A DNA stretch of 63,538 nucleotides, counting the filler, from Octopus bimaculoides (lineage: Eukaryota): NCBI RefSeq assembly GCF_001194135.2. It is 6 parts of 6 records of this genome, joined end to end, with 100 filler letters (N's around TTAATTAATTAA, not from the genome) between each part and the next. Parts side by side here need not be neighbours in the genome. Positions count along the whole stretch, not along the records: positions 1 to 24,551 come from NC_068995.1; 5 more parts are not named here. One strand, given 5' to 3'. Numbering within the stretch: position 1 is the stretch's first letter; each line of letters begins with the position of its first letter. The notes below the pieces were generated by a model, which saw only the letters and a program-made list of their open reading frames with translations, did no database searches and had not been told where the DNA came from. Below, one piece after another: positions 1-12,614 of the stretch. The position numbers and the translations under genes were made by a program.

Positions 1-37
<37 letters not shown>

Positions 38-165
38 TTTAACATTGACATTTCCCATGCTTGCATGGCTCAGACAGAATTAGTGAATGCCTTTTCTTGT
101 CACCAGCCCTCGCCTATTTCCAAGTAAAGGAATATTTCTAAATGACCAGGCATGTTTTCACGGAA

Positions 166-1890
166 TACTCCAGACAATAACACAAGAATTCAAGATGGGA
201 TGCCCCTGGGAGCTCCTCTATGCTGATGACCTTGCTCTAATTGCTGAGTCACTATCAGAACTAGAGGAGAAGTTTCAGGTGTGGAAGCAAGGACTAGAAT
301 CGAAGGGCCTTAGAGTCAATCTAGCTAAAACCAAAGTCCTAATAAGTAGGAAGGTAGATAAAACACAAACCCCTTCAGGTAGATGGCCCTGCTCAATATA
401 TAGAAAAGGAGTAGGTAGTAACTCTATAAGACGTGCCCAGTATAAGTTATGGACACATAAGAGGTGCAGCAATATCAAAGGAAGGCTAACCAGCAAGATA
501 GTTTTTGTATGTGGCAGATGCTCAGCAGCAATAAATACTGAAAATGTGCTGAAAACAACCTTTGTCACATTCCAGGGAGAAAAACTAGAAGTAGTTGATA
601 GCTTCCGCTATCTAGGTGACCAAGTTAGTAGCGGGGGAGGGTGCGCTGAAAGTGTAGCTGCTAGAATAAGAATAGCCTGGGCAAAGTTCAGAGAAGTCTT
701 ACTGCTGCTGGCGACAAAGGGCCNNNNNNNNNNATAAGAATAGCCTGGGCAAAGTTCAGAGAAGTCTTACTGCTGCTGGCGACAAAGGGCCTCTCGCTCA
801 GAGTAAAAGGCAGACTGTATGAGACATGTGTACGAACTGCCATGCTACATGGCAGTGAAACATGGGCCGTGACTGCTGAGGACATGTGTAAACTCGCAAG
901 AAATGAAGCCAGTATGATCTGATGGATGTGTAATGTAAGTGTGCATACTCGACAGAGTGTAAGTAACTTGAGAGAAAAGTTGGACCTAAAAAGCATCAGT
1001 TGTGGTGTCAAGAGAAACGATTGCGCTGGTATGGTCACGTGGCAAGAATGGATGAGGATAGCTGTGTGAAAAAGTGCCACACCTTTGCGGTTGAGGGAAC
1101 CTGTGGAAAAGGTAGACCCAGGAAGACCGGGGATGAGGTGGTGAAGCACGACCTTCGAACATTAGGCCTCACCGAGGCAATGATTAGTGACCGGGACCTT
1201 TGGAAATATGCAGTGCGTGAGAAGACCCAGCAAGCCAAGTGAGACCATAATCCGTGGCCTCTGCCAGAAGTGTAGCCACAATATATCTTCATTGGACACT
1301 AAACTCTGCTTGCGAAGACCTGTTGAGGCAAGTGAAATTGAAATCAAACTAAATTCAACGACTGGCACCCTTGCCAACCTCTCCCTTATTTGACACTAAA
1401 CTCTGTTTGTGAAGACCTGTTGGGGCAAGTGAAATCAAAATCGTAATTGAACCACATTCGATGACTGGCACCTGTGCCAGTGGAGCACTAACAGCACCGT
1501 CTAAGTGTGATCATTGCCAGAGCAGCTGTCTGGCTTTCGTACTAGTGGCACGTAGATAGCACTATTTGAGCATGATCGTTACCAGCATCACCTTACTGGC
1601 ACTTCTGCCGGTGGCACATTAGAAAACATTCGAGCCAGGTCGTTGCCAGTGCCACTGGACTGGCTCCTGTGCAGGTGGCACGTAAAAAAAACAAAAAAAA
1701 ACCACCATTTTGAGCGTGGCCATTGCCAGTACTGCCTGACCGGCCCTCATGCCAGTGGCATGTAAAAGCACCCACTACACTCTCGGAGTGGTTGGCATTA
1801 GCTGTAGAAACTCTTCCAGATCAGATTGGAGCCTGGTGCAGCCATCCGGTTCACCATTCCTCAGTCAAATCGTCCAACCCATGCTAGCTG
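166..1890 (+). mobile_element. 5'-truncated RTE-clade LINE (RT C-terminal half, 3' UTR and tail), degenerate
   Basis: ORF 87-737 contains WELLYADDLAL and GLRVNLAKTK; ORF 1000-1242 contains RLRWYGHVARM..GRPRKT. Ends in the family tail ..tcgtccaacccatgctagc..(tga)n. Confidence 0.9.
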
Positions 1891-2239
1891 CTGATGATGA
1901 AGTACTTGCATGATAATCACACTCGTTTACATATATTGCCCAACGTCAAGGCAACGAGACAGTAGTACATGCATGCACACACATGTAGGTTTCTGTCTAT
2001 CAGATCCATTCTACCTGAGACTATAGTAGAAAACGTTTGTCCCATGTATCACACAGTGGGACTAAACCCAAAACCATGTAGTTGCAAAACAAATTTCTTA
2101 CCACACACCATGGTTATGTATTTTGTTTCTGTCTACATGTTAGTATGAAAATATTATATGCATGACTGTGTTTGTAATTATGTATTTGTATATGTGCAAG
2201 TAAATGTGTATTTGCCACCTTGCTGTACTCAAGAAGAAC

Positions 2240-2530
2240 CCATACTCTATAGTAAAAGTGTTAAGGTCATTGCCCCTGGTGAAGAGAATTGGCCTACAAG
2301 AATCCCATGCTGGTGCCATGTAACAAGCACTTGTGCCATACCACATAAAAGCACTCACTCGGTGCCATGTAAAAGCACCTAGCACACTCTGTAAAGTGGT
2401 TGGTGTTAAGAAGGGCATCCAGCCATAGAAATCAAATCAGACTGGAGCCTGGTGCAGCTCTCCAGCCTTGATCAAATGGTCCAACCCATGCTAGCATGGA
2501 CAATGGATGTTAAATAACGATGATGATGAT
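2240..2530 (+). mobile_element. RTE-tail non-autonomous element
   Basis: aagggcatccagc...ggtccaacccatgctagcatggacaatggatgttaaa followed by (gat)n; same tail as 1770-1890 and 21590-21760. Confidence 0.75.
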
Positions 2531-2846
2531 ACCCTACTCCATCACAATTGCCTTCCCAGAAGATTTTATACATATGTTCACAAGGAAATTGAGTAAGTAG
2601 CCCAATTGTGTAATATACACATTAATCTTCCAGCACCCCAGTTTTGCAGAGATGGGCAGGTCATCATAGTTGTTTTGTTATCTCCATGAAATTCAAAGTC
2701 CTGTGATCAGCGTTCACTATTTCATCCCATTTTCTGCAAGCTCAATGAGCACTTTTTTATTTGCCATGTTTATTACTTTGCATCTAATTTAACTGCAATA
2801 AAAGCAACTGATTGAATACATTTTTAAGCATTAAAATTCAACTTAC

Positions 2847-2876
2847 CTCAGAAATGAAATTTCTTTTCGACTTTAT
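2847..2876 (-). CDS. tentative Myb micro-exon IKSKRNFISE
   Basis: Acceptor tgcAG after a pyrimidine tract and strong donor GTaagt; 30 nt, phase 0 to 0. No recognisable homology, and no clean downstream exon was found. Confidence 0.3.
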
Positions 2877-2953
2877 CTGCATCAGATTGAGATTTCAAAA
2901 AGAAAATGAATTTCAGCATTAATAGAATCAATGATAAGGAAATGAGTTGTTAA

Positions 2954-3978
2954 CCCTTTCGTTACTATATTTCTGGCCAAAATACACACCCCTCATGAGT
3001 TTCAATTAAATTCTAAAATAATCATGAATTTAGACTAGTCTCATTAAACACCTGTAACTTTTTTTATTTATCAACATATTAGGTGCTTACTGAATTAGGT
3101 GCTAGCTTTATTCTTAGATATTAATGTGATATTTGGAACATAATTAAAGAAAGGGTTCTTAATCAATTCTATTGCATAATTTTTGTCTCTNNNNNNNNNN
3201 NNNNNNNNNNNNNNNNNNNNNNNNNNNNNNNNNNNNNNNNNNNNNNNNNNNNNNNNNNNNNNNNNNNNNNNNNNNNNNNNNNNNNNNNNNNNNNNNNNNN
3301 NNNNNNNNNNNNNNNNNNNNNNNNNNNNNNNNNNNNNNNNNNNNNNNNNNNNNNNNNNNNNNNNNNNNNNNNNNNNNNNNNNNNNNNNNNNNNNNNNNNN
3401 NNNNNNNNNNNNNNNNNNNNNNNNNNNNNNNNNNNNNNNNNNNNNNNNNNNNNNNNNNNNNNNNNNNNNNNNNNNNNNNNNNNNNNNNNNNNNNNNNNNN
3501 NNNNNNNNNNNNNNNNNNNNNNNNNNNNNNNNNNNNNNNNNNNNNNNNNNNNNNNNNNNNNNNNNNNNNNNNNNNNNNNNNNNNNNNNTATCCGATTTAT
3601 TATCGTTCACCACGTACTTTTGTAGCTCATTCATTCTTTTCTTCGATATCTCCATATCTTCTGTTGAAAAGCCTTCAAATTCGGAATCACTGCTTGATAG
3701 CATGAAACTCCTCTCCATCTTCAAAGTTGAAAAAAATTAACGCCGCAAAAAATGTGGAAAAAAATCTTCCAAAATTCACTGAGTTCAAATATCACGCCAA
3801 ATAATGTGGGAGACAATAACTCAACTGTTTGCAAAGTGAAATCAGGTGTTTTAACGAATGTACTAACGAAATTTGGGTTCAAATATACATTTAAATAACA
3901 ATGGGTACGCTCGGCCAGCTAAGTCCTATGAACCAAAAAATTTTTCGGCCAGCTACGGCCGGGTTAGTAACAAAAGGG
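2954..3978. mobile_element. piggyBac-like non-autonomous DNA transposon (contains an N gap)
   Basis: TTAA-CCCTTTCGTTACT ... AGTAACAAAAGGG-TTAA terminal inverted repeats with TTAA on both sides. The minus-strand acidic stretch SSSDSEFEGFSTED resembles piggyBac transposase N-termini. Confidence 0.75.
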
Positions 3979-4254
3979 TTAAACTACGAAAAAGGTAAAG
4001 AAACCAGGTGCAACATTAACTGACTTGAAAATATATACTTAAATCAAGACATTTAGAGAAGTTTCATTCAAATACAAAACATGATAATTGAAAACTCTTC
4101 TGACAAGGAATTAAAGCATTGATGACAGAAAAAATTACACACAATAAAATATATAAAATCATTTAAAAATAAAATTACAATGTTATATAAATATTCTAAC
4201 TCCAAAGTACTGTTTTATATTTCAACCCACCCAAAAACCTACTCATTTCTTCAG

Positions 4255-4420
4255 GCACAAAGCTTCAGGGCTGTCACTATCAATGCTGGTAGATCTAAAG
4301 ACACTCGAGAGAAGAGTGGATGTATGCTATCTACAAGAGGTTAAATAGAGGAGGCCTCAACCAGATTCCCTGCTTGTGAGATGCTGTGCAGGAGAGGATC
4401 CTTGCAAACATGGAAAAATG
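4255..4420 (+). mobile_element. RTE internal-deletion relic (APE N-terminus joined to tail)
   Basis: Frameshifted FRAVTINAG..ERRVDVCYLQEVK followed by the tail remnant catggaaaaatggatgt. Confidence 0.5.
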
Positions 4421-4741
4421 GATGTAAATATGGTAGTAATTCTAAATCAGATCATAACTTCATAGCAATTTTAAAATCACAATATTATATTGTAATTATC
4501 TTGTAATATCATTTATAAATATTATCATTCACAAGATTTTCAAACATATAAGAAAGTTTTATTTTAATAAGACAAAGATTAAGCTTAGTCCTAATGCTAA
4601 ATTTATTTTTGCAATAAACAATGCAGACATTTTCCCTACCACATTTTTGTACAGAACCTTCTTGAATTTGGATTGGATGTGGGTATTTTTATTTTGTGTA
4701 TTTATTTGTTTTAGCAGCTTTTTGAAAATTAAATTACTTAC

Positions 4742-4858
4742 CAAAGGAGGGGATTTAGGCAATCGGCATACACCTTCCAGTTGTCCTTCAGCCAAAGTTT
4801 CTTTCATCAAATATGCAGGTGACAAGAGTAAACTATCATCACTAACTAATGACTTGCT
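4742..4858 (-). CDS. Myb: Myb exon: SKSLVSDDSLLLSPAYLMKETLAEGQLEGVCRLPKSPPL
   Basis: Acceptor ttattattAG and donor GTaagt; 117 nt, phase 0 to 0. Joins in frame to give SPETP|SKSL; SP-rich like Myb C-termini. Confidence 0.72.
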
Positions 4859-5714
4859 CTAATAATAACACAAGATTTTTTAAAGATTATTGTTAAAAGC
4901 AAAAATGGAAACGTGATTACAGTGGAGAAAAAAGAACAAGACATTATCATGTACAATAAATTTCCATGAAACTCTTCTAGGCCTGACCACAGGCAAGCAC
5001 TAACCATGCAGAAAAGAAAATGCAAAAGCTACATACATACATAAAAACCACAACAATCGACCAGCCATAAAAACTTTAGTATAAAGAAGTAGAAGAATAT
5101 CCAACCCATGCTCTGATAGGGATATTTTTTTAACATGTGCCACACTCCATTACAATCATGAACTAAAAAAAAATAATTGGCATTAAGGAATAATTTCATA
5201 GGGGCACCTATGTGAGTCCAGCAAATACAATATTAAATGGTTCAAGACATTCTACTAAGAACTAGATAAACATTTTCCAGTCACATAAATCAGAATCTTT
5301 TCAACTAAAACAATTCAAAAGCCAGCTTTTGTTGCTTGGACAACACCACAGATCACAAACAAAAACAAACATTTATCTGCTATACCTATACAAAAGCCAA
5401 CATGTAGATTTTCCCACAAAATGACCATAACACCAAATAATAGTATGCATAAGAACTATACAGGATGCACAGAAGATATGTAGCTAGCTACAACCAGCAC
5501 ACATGTTCCTTTGGAAACAGAAATGAAACTACATCTCCAGAGTGCATTTCAAAACTAGAGGACAATTCAGTTGAAAATATCTTTATAGCCTCAAGCATAC
5601 TATATATTTACAGCACATGCATATATCAATTGAGTAAAAAGACTTGCTCTAATAATACTTTTTCTGAGAAACTTATCATCCCCTCCAAAAACCACAGCCA
5701 CTAAACAGAAGGGG

Positions 5715-6101
5715 CAAAATTTTATCTTACTTATTTCAGTCATTGGAGTGTGGATACGCTAGGGCACTACCTTCAAGGGTTTTAGCTGAACAGACTATGC
5801 TAGTACTGACATTTTTTTAAAGTCTGGTACTTATCCTATTAGTCACTTTAGCCAAACCACTAAGTTACAGGGCATAAACGAACCAACACTGGTTGTCCAA
5901 CAATTTGTAGAGGACAAACACAGAGGCATACACACACGATGGGCTTTTTCCAGTTTCTGTCTATCAAATCCACTCACAAGGCTATGGTTGGTCCAAGGCT
6001 TTAATAAAAGATACTTGCCCAAGGTGCCACACAATGGGACTGAACCCAAAATCACATGGTAGAAGAAACAAACTTCTTACCACAAAACCATGCTTGCACC
6101 T
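5715..6101 (-). mobile_element. tRNA-derived CORE-type SINE (octopus OK/OR-like)
   Basis: Reverse complement begins ..tgtggtaagaagtttg..gggttcagtccc..gcaccttgggcaag; same head as 6167, 24250 and 41075. Confidence 0.8.
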
Positions 6102-6164
6102 ATACTACACTAAATGTACTGAATACACTCTTTTTTGTTTGCAATTCTAAATACACACAAACAG

Positions 6165-6537
6165 CTCAGGAGTGACTGTGTGGTAAGTAGCTTGCTTACC
6201 AGCCACATGGTTCCAGGTTCAGTCTCACTGCATGGCACCATGGGCAAGTGTCTTCTACTATAGCCTCGGGCTGACCAAAGCCCTGTGAGTGGATTTGGTA
6301 GACGGAAACTGAAAGAAGCCTGTTGTATGTATGTGTGTGTGTGTCTGTGTTTGTCCCCCCACCATCGCTTGACAACCGATGTTGGGGTGTTTATGTCCCC
6401 GTATTTTAGCGATTCAGCTAAAGAGACCAATAGAATAAGTACTAGGTTTATAAAGAATAAGTCCTGGGGTCGATTTGTTCGACTAAAGGCGGTGCTCCAG
6501 CATGGCCATAGTCAAATGACTGAAACAAATAAAAGAA
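6165..6537 (+). mobile_element. tRNA-derived CORE-type SINE, near full length
   Basis: A-box-like gactgtgtggtaagtag, B-box-like ggttcagtctc, core ..gggcaagtgtcttctactatag, internal (TG)n and an A-rich tail. Confidence 0.85.
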
Positions 6538-7332
6538 CATATACATACTTGCACATGTACACACACTTCCTTCCCCTCCTATGCTCCCACTCCTGCTGTT
6601 ACTTTACCTTTCCAATTACATGCCTACCTAATGGACCTGAACACCACACTTTCCACATAAGAGACTCTTTCCATTGCACCTCCACTAACCTAAGATATGT
6701 GCTCTGCAATCTTTTCTATATCAGACAAGCTGGCTAAGGCATGTAATTTTACTTAATATAATACTGATTTTCTTTTATAGTTCTAGCAAATTCATTATAT
6801 CTTCTTCCATTAATTAGATTACACATATCAACATCACAGAATGAATTACAATTCTATCTTGACAAGATTCATACAATGACTAGCTGTCATTAAGCTAAGA
6901 ACTGATAAGGATACCTACCCTTGCTAATGACACAGACAATGGACAATAAAATGGAGACAATGGTCTAGAATTTATCATTTATAAATTCCTTCCACATATC
7001 CCAATGTATACAAAATTTAGCTGAAGCAATCTGGCTTTCAAAAAGTAGCATGGCAGCAACATGCTTTGTATCTATGGCAATTTAGTTGATGAGATAGATT
7101 AAATATGGAAACTGCTACAAGCAGCATTTATGCTGTGCTATACTATTTGAAACACATATAAGCTAAACCATTGACAATGCTACTGGATTCTTTGTTTTTT
7201 CTATGCAGACACATATACATATATGGGTACATGCCAATCCATGCCAGCATGGAAAATGGACATTAAATAATGATGATGATCATCATACACACACATATAC
7301 ATATATGTGTGTGTATGATGATCATTATTTAA

Positions 7333-7538
7333 CCCTTTTGATACCAACCCACCTGGTTCTGTAGTACAAATGCCTTGTTTTCAAAAGTTCTGAATTAAAA
7401 TCTTCCACCGAACCTTAGTCACAATTCATGTTCCTAACACTAGCTTAATGGTAACTTATTTTACCAAATTCTTTGTTACATTTAAAATTAATTGAAAGAA
7501 ACACAAAACATCTCAACAGAAATATGGTAACAAAAGGG
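7333..7538. mobile_element. piggyBac-like MITE
   Basis: TTAA-CCCTTTTGATACC ... GGTAACAAAAGGG-TTAG; termini of the same type as 2954-3978. Confidence 0.7.
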
Positions 7539-7544
7539 TTAGCG

Positions 7545-8140
7545 ATCATTTTCCATACTGGCATAGGTTGAACAGTTTGGCAGGAACTGGCCAGATATAG
7601 AGCTGCTCAGGCTCCAATTGTCTGTTTTGGCATGGTTTCTATGGCTGGATGCCCTCCCTAATGCCAACCACTTTAGAGAGGATAACAGAGTAATTTTTAC
7701 TTGGTCATAACAAAGTGCTTTATACGTGGCACCAGCATGGTTGCTTTTTATGTGGCACCAGCATGAATGCATTTTAGGTGACACTGGCATGAGTGCTTTT
7801 CTACATAGCATCAGCACAGGTGCTTTTTATGAGACACCGAAACAGGTACGTTTTACAAGGCACCAATACCTACAGGCCCATGCCTGCATATATGGATGGC
7901 CAGAAGTCTCAATCCCTTCTCATCTCAGTGTTGCCTAATGTTTGAAGATCAATTCTCACCACTTCATTCCACATTTTCCTGGGTCTACCTCTTCCATAGA
8001 TTCCCTCCACAATTAGAGATCGGCACTTCTTTATGCAGTTGTCCTACCAGAACACACAACATCTGATGTGTCCTATACCCAATTTCTCTCATAAATCATT
8101 TACACTGTCTTACATGCATACTAACATCACCCATCAGTGA
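7545..8140 (-). mobile_element. RTE LINE 3' fragment with tail
   Basis: Reverse-complement tail (ggctggatgccctccctaatgccaaccac) plus a degraded RT C-terminal segment homologous to 1000-1240. Confidence 0.65.
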
Positions 8141-8209
8141 TTTTGCTGGTCACTGAGGGAACTAGGTGCTTACTGAATTAGGTGCTAGCTTTATTCTTAG
8201 ATATTTTTT

Positions 8210-9578
8210 CCTTCTCATTATCATTAAACGTCTGTTTTCTATGCTGGCATGGGCTGGATGGTGTGACAGGAGTTGGCCAGCAGAAGAGCAGTCCAGGCTG
8301 TATATCTGTTTTGGCGTGGTTTCTATGGCTGGATGCCCTTCCTAATGCCAACCACTTTAAAGAGTGTACTGGGTGCTTTTTACATAGCACCAGCACCCAT
8401 GAGCCAGCAAGGTTAGGAATGCTCAGCTAGAGAGGGATGCAGGGGACAGCCTGTATGCAAGGACAACCATGCCTTTACTTAGCTTCATGTGTCTTTTCAA
8501 GCAAAGCAAACTGCCAGGAGTCTTGACCTCGTCATCTCCTCTGCGAGTCCCAACATCAATAAATCCTTTCTTACTACTTAGTCCCGCATATTCCTGGGTC
8601 TACCCATTCCACATGTTCCTTCTATAAGAGATGGAAACTTCTTGATGCAACTATTCTCATATGCATTACATGGCCATACCAGCAGTCTTCTCTCTTACAC
8701 GCAACATCTGATGCCTCGTATACCCAGTTTTTCTCTCAAATCACTTACATTCTGTCGTATATGCATACAGACATTATCCACCCAGGAGAGCATACTGGCT
8801 TCATTTCTTTCAAGCCTTTGCATATCTTCAGTAGTTACAGCCCATGTCTCACCACCATATAACACAGCTGTTCATACAGTGGCATCATAGAGCCTGCCTT
8901 TAATTCTTCATTACTAACAGAGGTAGTAGCTTTCTGAATTTCACGCAGCCTATTCTTATACTAGCAGCTACACTTTCGGAACAACCTCCCCCACTACTAA
9001 CTTGGACACCTAAGTAACAGAAACTGTCTACTACCTCTAAGAATCCCCACTGACATTTGAAGGAGTCTATTTTTTTGAACATACCTGGTGTTTAATGTAC
9101 CTGCATATTTGCCACATGTAAAGACTGCTTTCTCTGTTAGTCTTCCAGTAATACTGTTGCACCTCTTACGTATCCATAGCTTACACTGAGTACACCTTAT
9201 AGAATTTCGCCAACACCTTTTCTACATATCAAGCAGGGTCATCTTCCTGGAGAGATCTGTAATTTGTCTATTTTCCTACTTACTAGAACTTTGGTCTTTG
9301 CTAAATTAACTCTAAGGCCCTTTGAGTCTAGTCTGTGCATCCACACCTGAAATTTCTTCTCTAATTCTGGTTGTAATTCAGCAATAAGAACAAGGTCATT
9401 AGCATAGAGGAGCTTCCAAAGGTAGCCAGTCTTAAATTCCTCAGTTATAACCTGGAGGACCATGATAAATAAGAGGGGGCTAAAAACCAAACCCTGGTGA
9501 ACTTCTAGTTGTTAACTAAAATCCTTGCTATATTCATTGGCGACTATCACCATATTAACAATATCCCTGTACATTGCC
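8210..9578 (-). mobile_element. 5'-truncated RTE LINE, degenerate
   Basis: Minus ORF 9239-9490 (KLLYANDLVL..GLRVNLAKTK) and 8900-9082 (EVVDSFCYLG); tail at 8210-8370. Confidence 0.88.
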
Positions 9579-9796
9579 AAGATCAAGGAGGTATTTGAAG
9601 ATCTTCCAAGGAGTACAGTGAGTAAAGCATACATCAGATTCTGGAGCCACCTTGAGGTTGTAGTGGAAGCAGAGAGCAGCTATTCTGAGTAAACCATTAT
9701 CTCCCAGCCATAATCTAGTTGATACTTATTGGTTTTTTAATAAATATTTATATTTTTGGATGGGATATTGTTTTCTTTTCCTTTTATACAAACATA

Positions 9797-11947
9797 TATG
9801 GAGGCTATGGTTTTGGTTCCCGCAACAAGGAGGGAACCAGGCTTCTGGAGTTCTGTGATGCAAATGATCTTAAGGTTTATAACACTAACTTCAGGAAACC
9901 TGCCTGTCACCTATTCACCTACCGATCTGTTAGACACGCTAGTCAAATTGATTACATCCTTGCCAGGAAACAGGAAAGATGGCTACTTATAAAGGCCAAA
10001 ACCTTCCCAGGTGAAGAATGCACCCCACAACATAGATTAGTAGTTAGCGACTTCAAGATCCGGGTTAAATGGATGCCCAGAAGACAACCAGTATTTACGA
10101 GAAGGGTCTGGAAGCTTAAGGATCCTCTAAATGTACAGAAATTTAGAGGTGTATTACTCGAAGCTTTTCACAAAACAGAGGGGGATATAGCATCACATGA
10201 TGTGGAAGACAACTGGAGATTTCTACAGGCCAACTGCTGAGGGCCAATGACCAGTTCTGTGGATGGTGCAAAGTCCCCTCTCAACCCAAGGTAACATGAT
10301 GGTGGAACAATGTAGTTGACAGGGCCATTAGGAAGGGAAGCTAGGAGACAGGTTTATTTAGCCAGAGGGGAAGCAGATAACAAAAAATTTGCCAATGTTC
10401 TGCACCATGAGGACCAAAGACTTGAAGTATTTCATGTTACAAGACAGTGTATGAGAGAGAATCGTTATGTCGTAGGAGAGAAATGTGTCCACATGGATGA
10501 CGACTCACTTGCATTCAACGAGGCTGCAAGGAGAGAGACTTGGAGACGCCACTATGATAGGTTGCTAAATGAAGAGAATGAATGGGAGAAAGAGAGTTTG
10601 CCGAATGTCGACCCAACAGAAGGACCAGCTATCTGAATTGACAGTACCTTGGTAGATAAAGCAATTAAGAGTATGAAGACAGGGAAAGCCCCTGGCCCAT
10701 CAGGAATCACCACAGAGATGCTTAAAATATCTGGCGGTGTCGGCTATAGTCTAGTCACCCGTACAGTCAACCAGGTGATACATGAAGGAGTCATACCCAA
10801 TGACTGGTGTAGCAGCACCATAGTCAACTTCTACAAAGGTAAAGGTGACGCATTAGATACAAATAATTACAGAGGTATCAAGTAATGAAAGTAATGAGAG
10901 GATCATAGCCCAACTAATTAGGGAGAGAGTCAGTCTAGATGAGATGCAGTTTGGGTTCATGCCAGGGAAAAGCACCACTGATGCTATATTTCTGGTAAGG
11001 CAGCTGCAGGAAAAATATCTAACCAAAGATAAACCTCTGTACCTGTCATTCAATGACATGGAGAAAGCCTCTGACAGGGTCCTCCAATCCCTTATCTGGT
11101 GGTCAATGAGGAAACTCAGGAAAGATGAACGGTTAGTGAGAGCTGTACAAGCCATGTACAGGGATGCTGTCAGTAAGGTGAGGATTGGCAATGAGTACAG
11201 TGAAGAAATCTGAGTAGGGGTAAGGCGCCACCAAGGATCAGTCCTCAGACCCCTCTTATTCATCATAGTTCTCCAGGCAATAACACAGGAATTCAAGACA
11301 AGATGCCCCTGGGAGCTCCTTTATGCTGATGACCTTGCTCTAACTGCTGAGTCACTATCAGAACTAGAAGAGAAGTTTCAGGTGTGGAAGCAAGGATTAG
11401 AATCAAAGGGCCTTAGAGTCAACCTAGCAGAAACCAAAGTCTTAATAAGTAGGAAGGCAGACAAACCACAAATCCCTTCAGGTAGATGGTCCTGCTCAAT
11501 CTGTAGAAAAGGCGTAGGTAGAAACTCCATAAGATGTACCCAGTTTAAGCTATGGACATATAAGATGTGTAGCAATATCAAAGGACGGCTAACTGGGAAG
11601 ATAGTTTTTGTGTGTGGCAAATGCTCAGAAACAATAAACACTGAAAACGTGCAGAGAACAGCTTCTGTCACATTCCAGGGGGGGGAAAACTACAAGTAGT
11701 TGATAGCTGCCATTACCTAGGTGACCAAGTCAGTAGTAGGGGTGAATACTCTGAAAGTGTAGCTGGTAGAGTAAGGATAGCTTAGGCAAAGTACAGAGAG
11801 ATTCTACCTCTGCTGGTAACAAAGTGCCTTTCGTTCAGAGTAAAAGGTAGACTGTATGACGCATGTGTGTGAACAGCTATGCTACATGGCAGTGAAACAT
11901 GGGCTGTGACTGCTGAGGACATGCGTAAACTTGCAAAGAATGAAGCC
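9797..11947 (+). pseudogene. RTE LINE ORF remnant (APE endonuclease C-terminal part and RT) with stops and frameshifts
   Basis: YGFGSRNKEG, SQIDYIL, CTPQHRLVVSDF (APE); GKAPGPSGI, NYRGIK, QFGFMPGKSTTDAIF, LLYADD (RT). 3' truncated. Confidence 0.92.
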
Positions 11948-12512
11948 ATTGCGCTATTTGTTGTTTGAAGGGCTAGAGAAAATACTTCTTTATTTGGAAA
12001 CAGAAGAGGATTGACAATAGGAGGAGTATCAACAAATTTTGCCTAAACAAAGAATGGAAAAATAGATCTTAAAATGATGATTAATGAGTACTATTTCATT
12101 AAAAAAAAAAACACTTGTAAAATATTATACCTGTATTTATATTATATCTTTTTATATTATATCTTATATCTACCTAGCCATCTATCTATCAAAAGATATA
12201 TCAATAGATATACTGAAAAACTTGCGAGCAGTTACCTAGCCATGACTACTAGGGTAGGAACCTTATAGCAATTTGCTTCACTCCTATTCCATAGTTAAGT
12301 GAAAAGTATTTTTAAAAAAATAGCGCAGTGAATACAAAGGCCTAGTGATACACAAATGTCAAAATTGGAGTGAAAAGGTAATAGTCCACTCATGCTAGCA
12401 TAGAAAATGGATACAAAAATCAGGTGAAATCATTTCAATACAATGTTTTATAAATGTATCTTGTTTATAAAACAATGTTTTATTTGCATTGATGTTGAAT
12501 AGTAGTACTTAC

Positions 12513-12614
12513 TGGAGTTTCAGGTGACATTAATGAAAAGGTATCATCAAAACCAGCAGAACTATGCCATTTTGCATTTAATGACTGACGTGCTCTTTTA
12601 CTTCCTTCAGAGAC
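12513..12614 (-). CDS. Myb: Myb exon: VSEGSKRARQSLNAKWHSSAGFDDTFSLMSPETP
   Basis: Acceptor tttttcttctAG and donor GTaagt; 102 nt, phase 0 to 0, other frames closed. KRARQSL..W resembles A/B-Myb KKVRKSL; contains SP/TP sites. Confidence 0.8.

Noticed and set aside
667-790. ~56-bp direct duplication around a 10-N gap (similar cases at 52712-52971 and 57262-57370)
   Set aside because: Typical unmerged contig overlap, so an assembly artefact.
1500-1790. Recurrent tgccagtggca/tggcac motifs with spacers, superficially CRISPR-like
   Set aside because: Irregular and degenerate, part of the RTE 3' UTR, eukaryotic context and no cas genes.
4978-5010. Minus-strand AWLVLACGQA* resembling the Myb W..VACG motif
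   Set aside because: It lies upstream of exon 4742-4858 (wrong order) and is followed immediately by a stop; treated as chance.
6165-6240. tRNA-like A/B boxes here and at 24250, 30438 and 59755
   Set aside because: No cloverleaf, and each continues into SINE body sequence, so these are SINE heads rather than tRNA genes.
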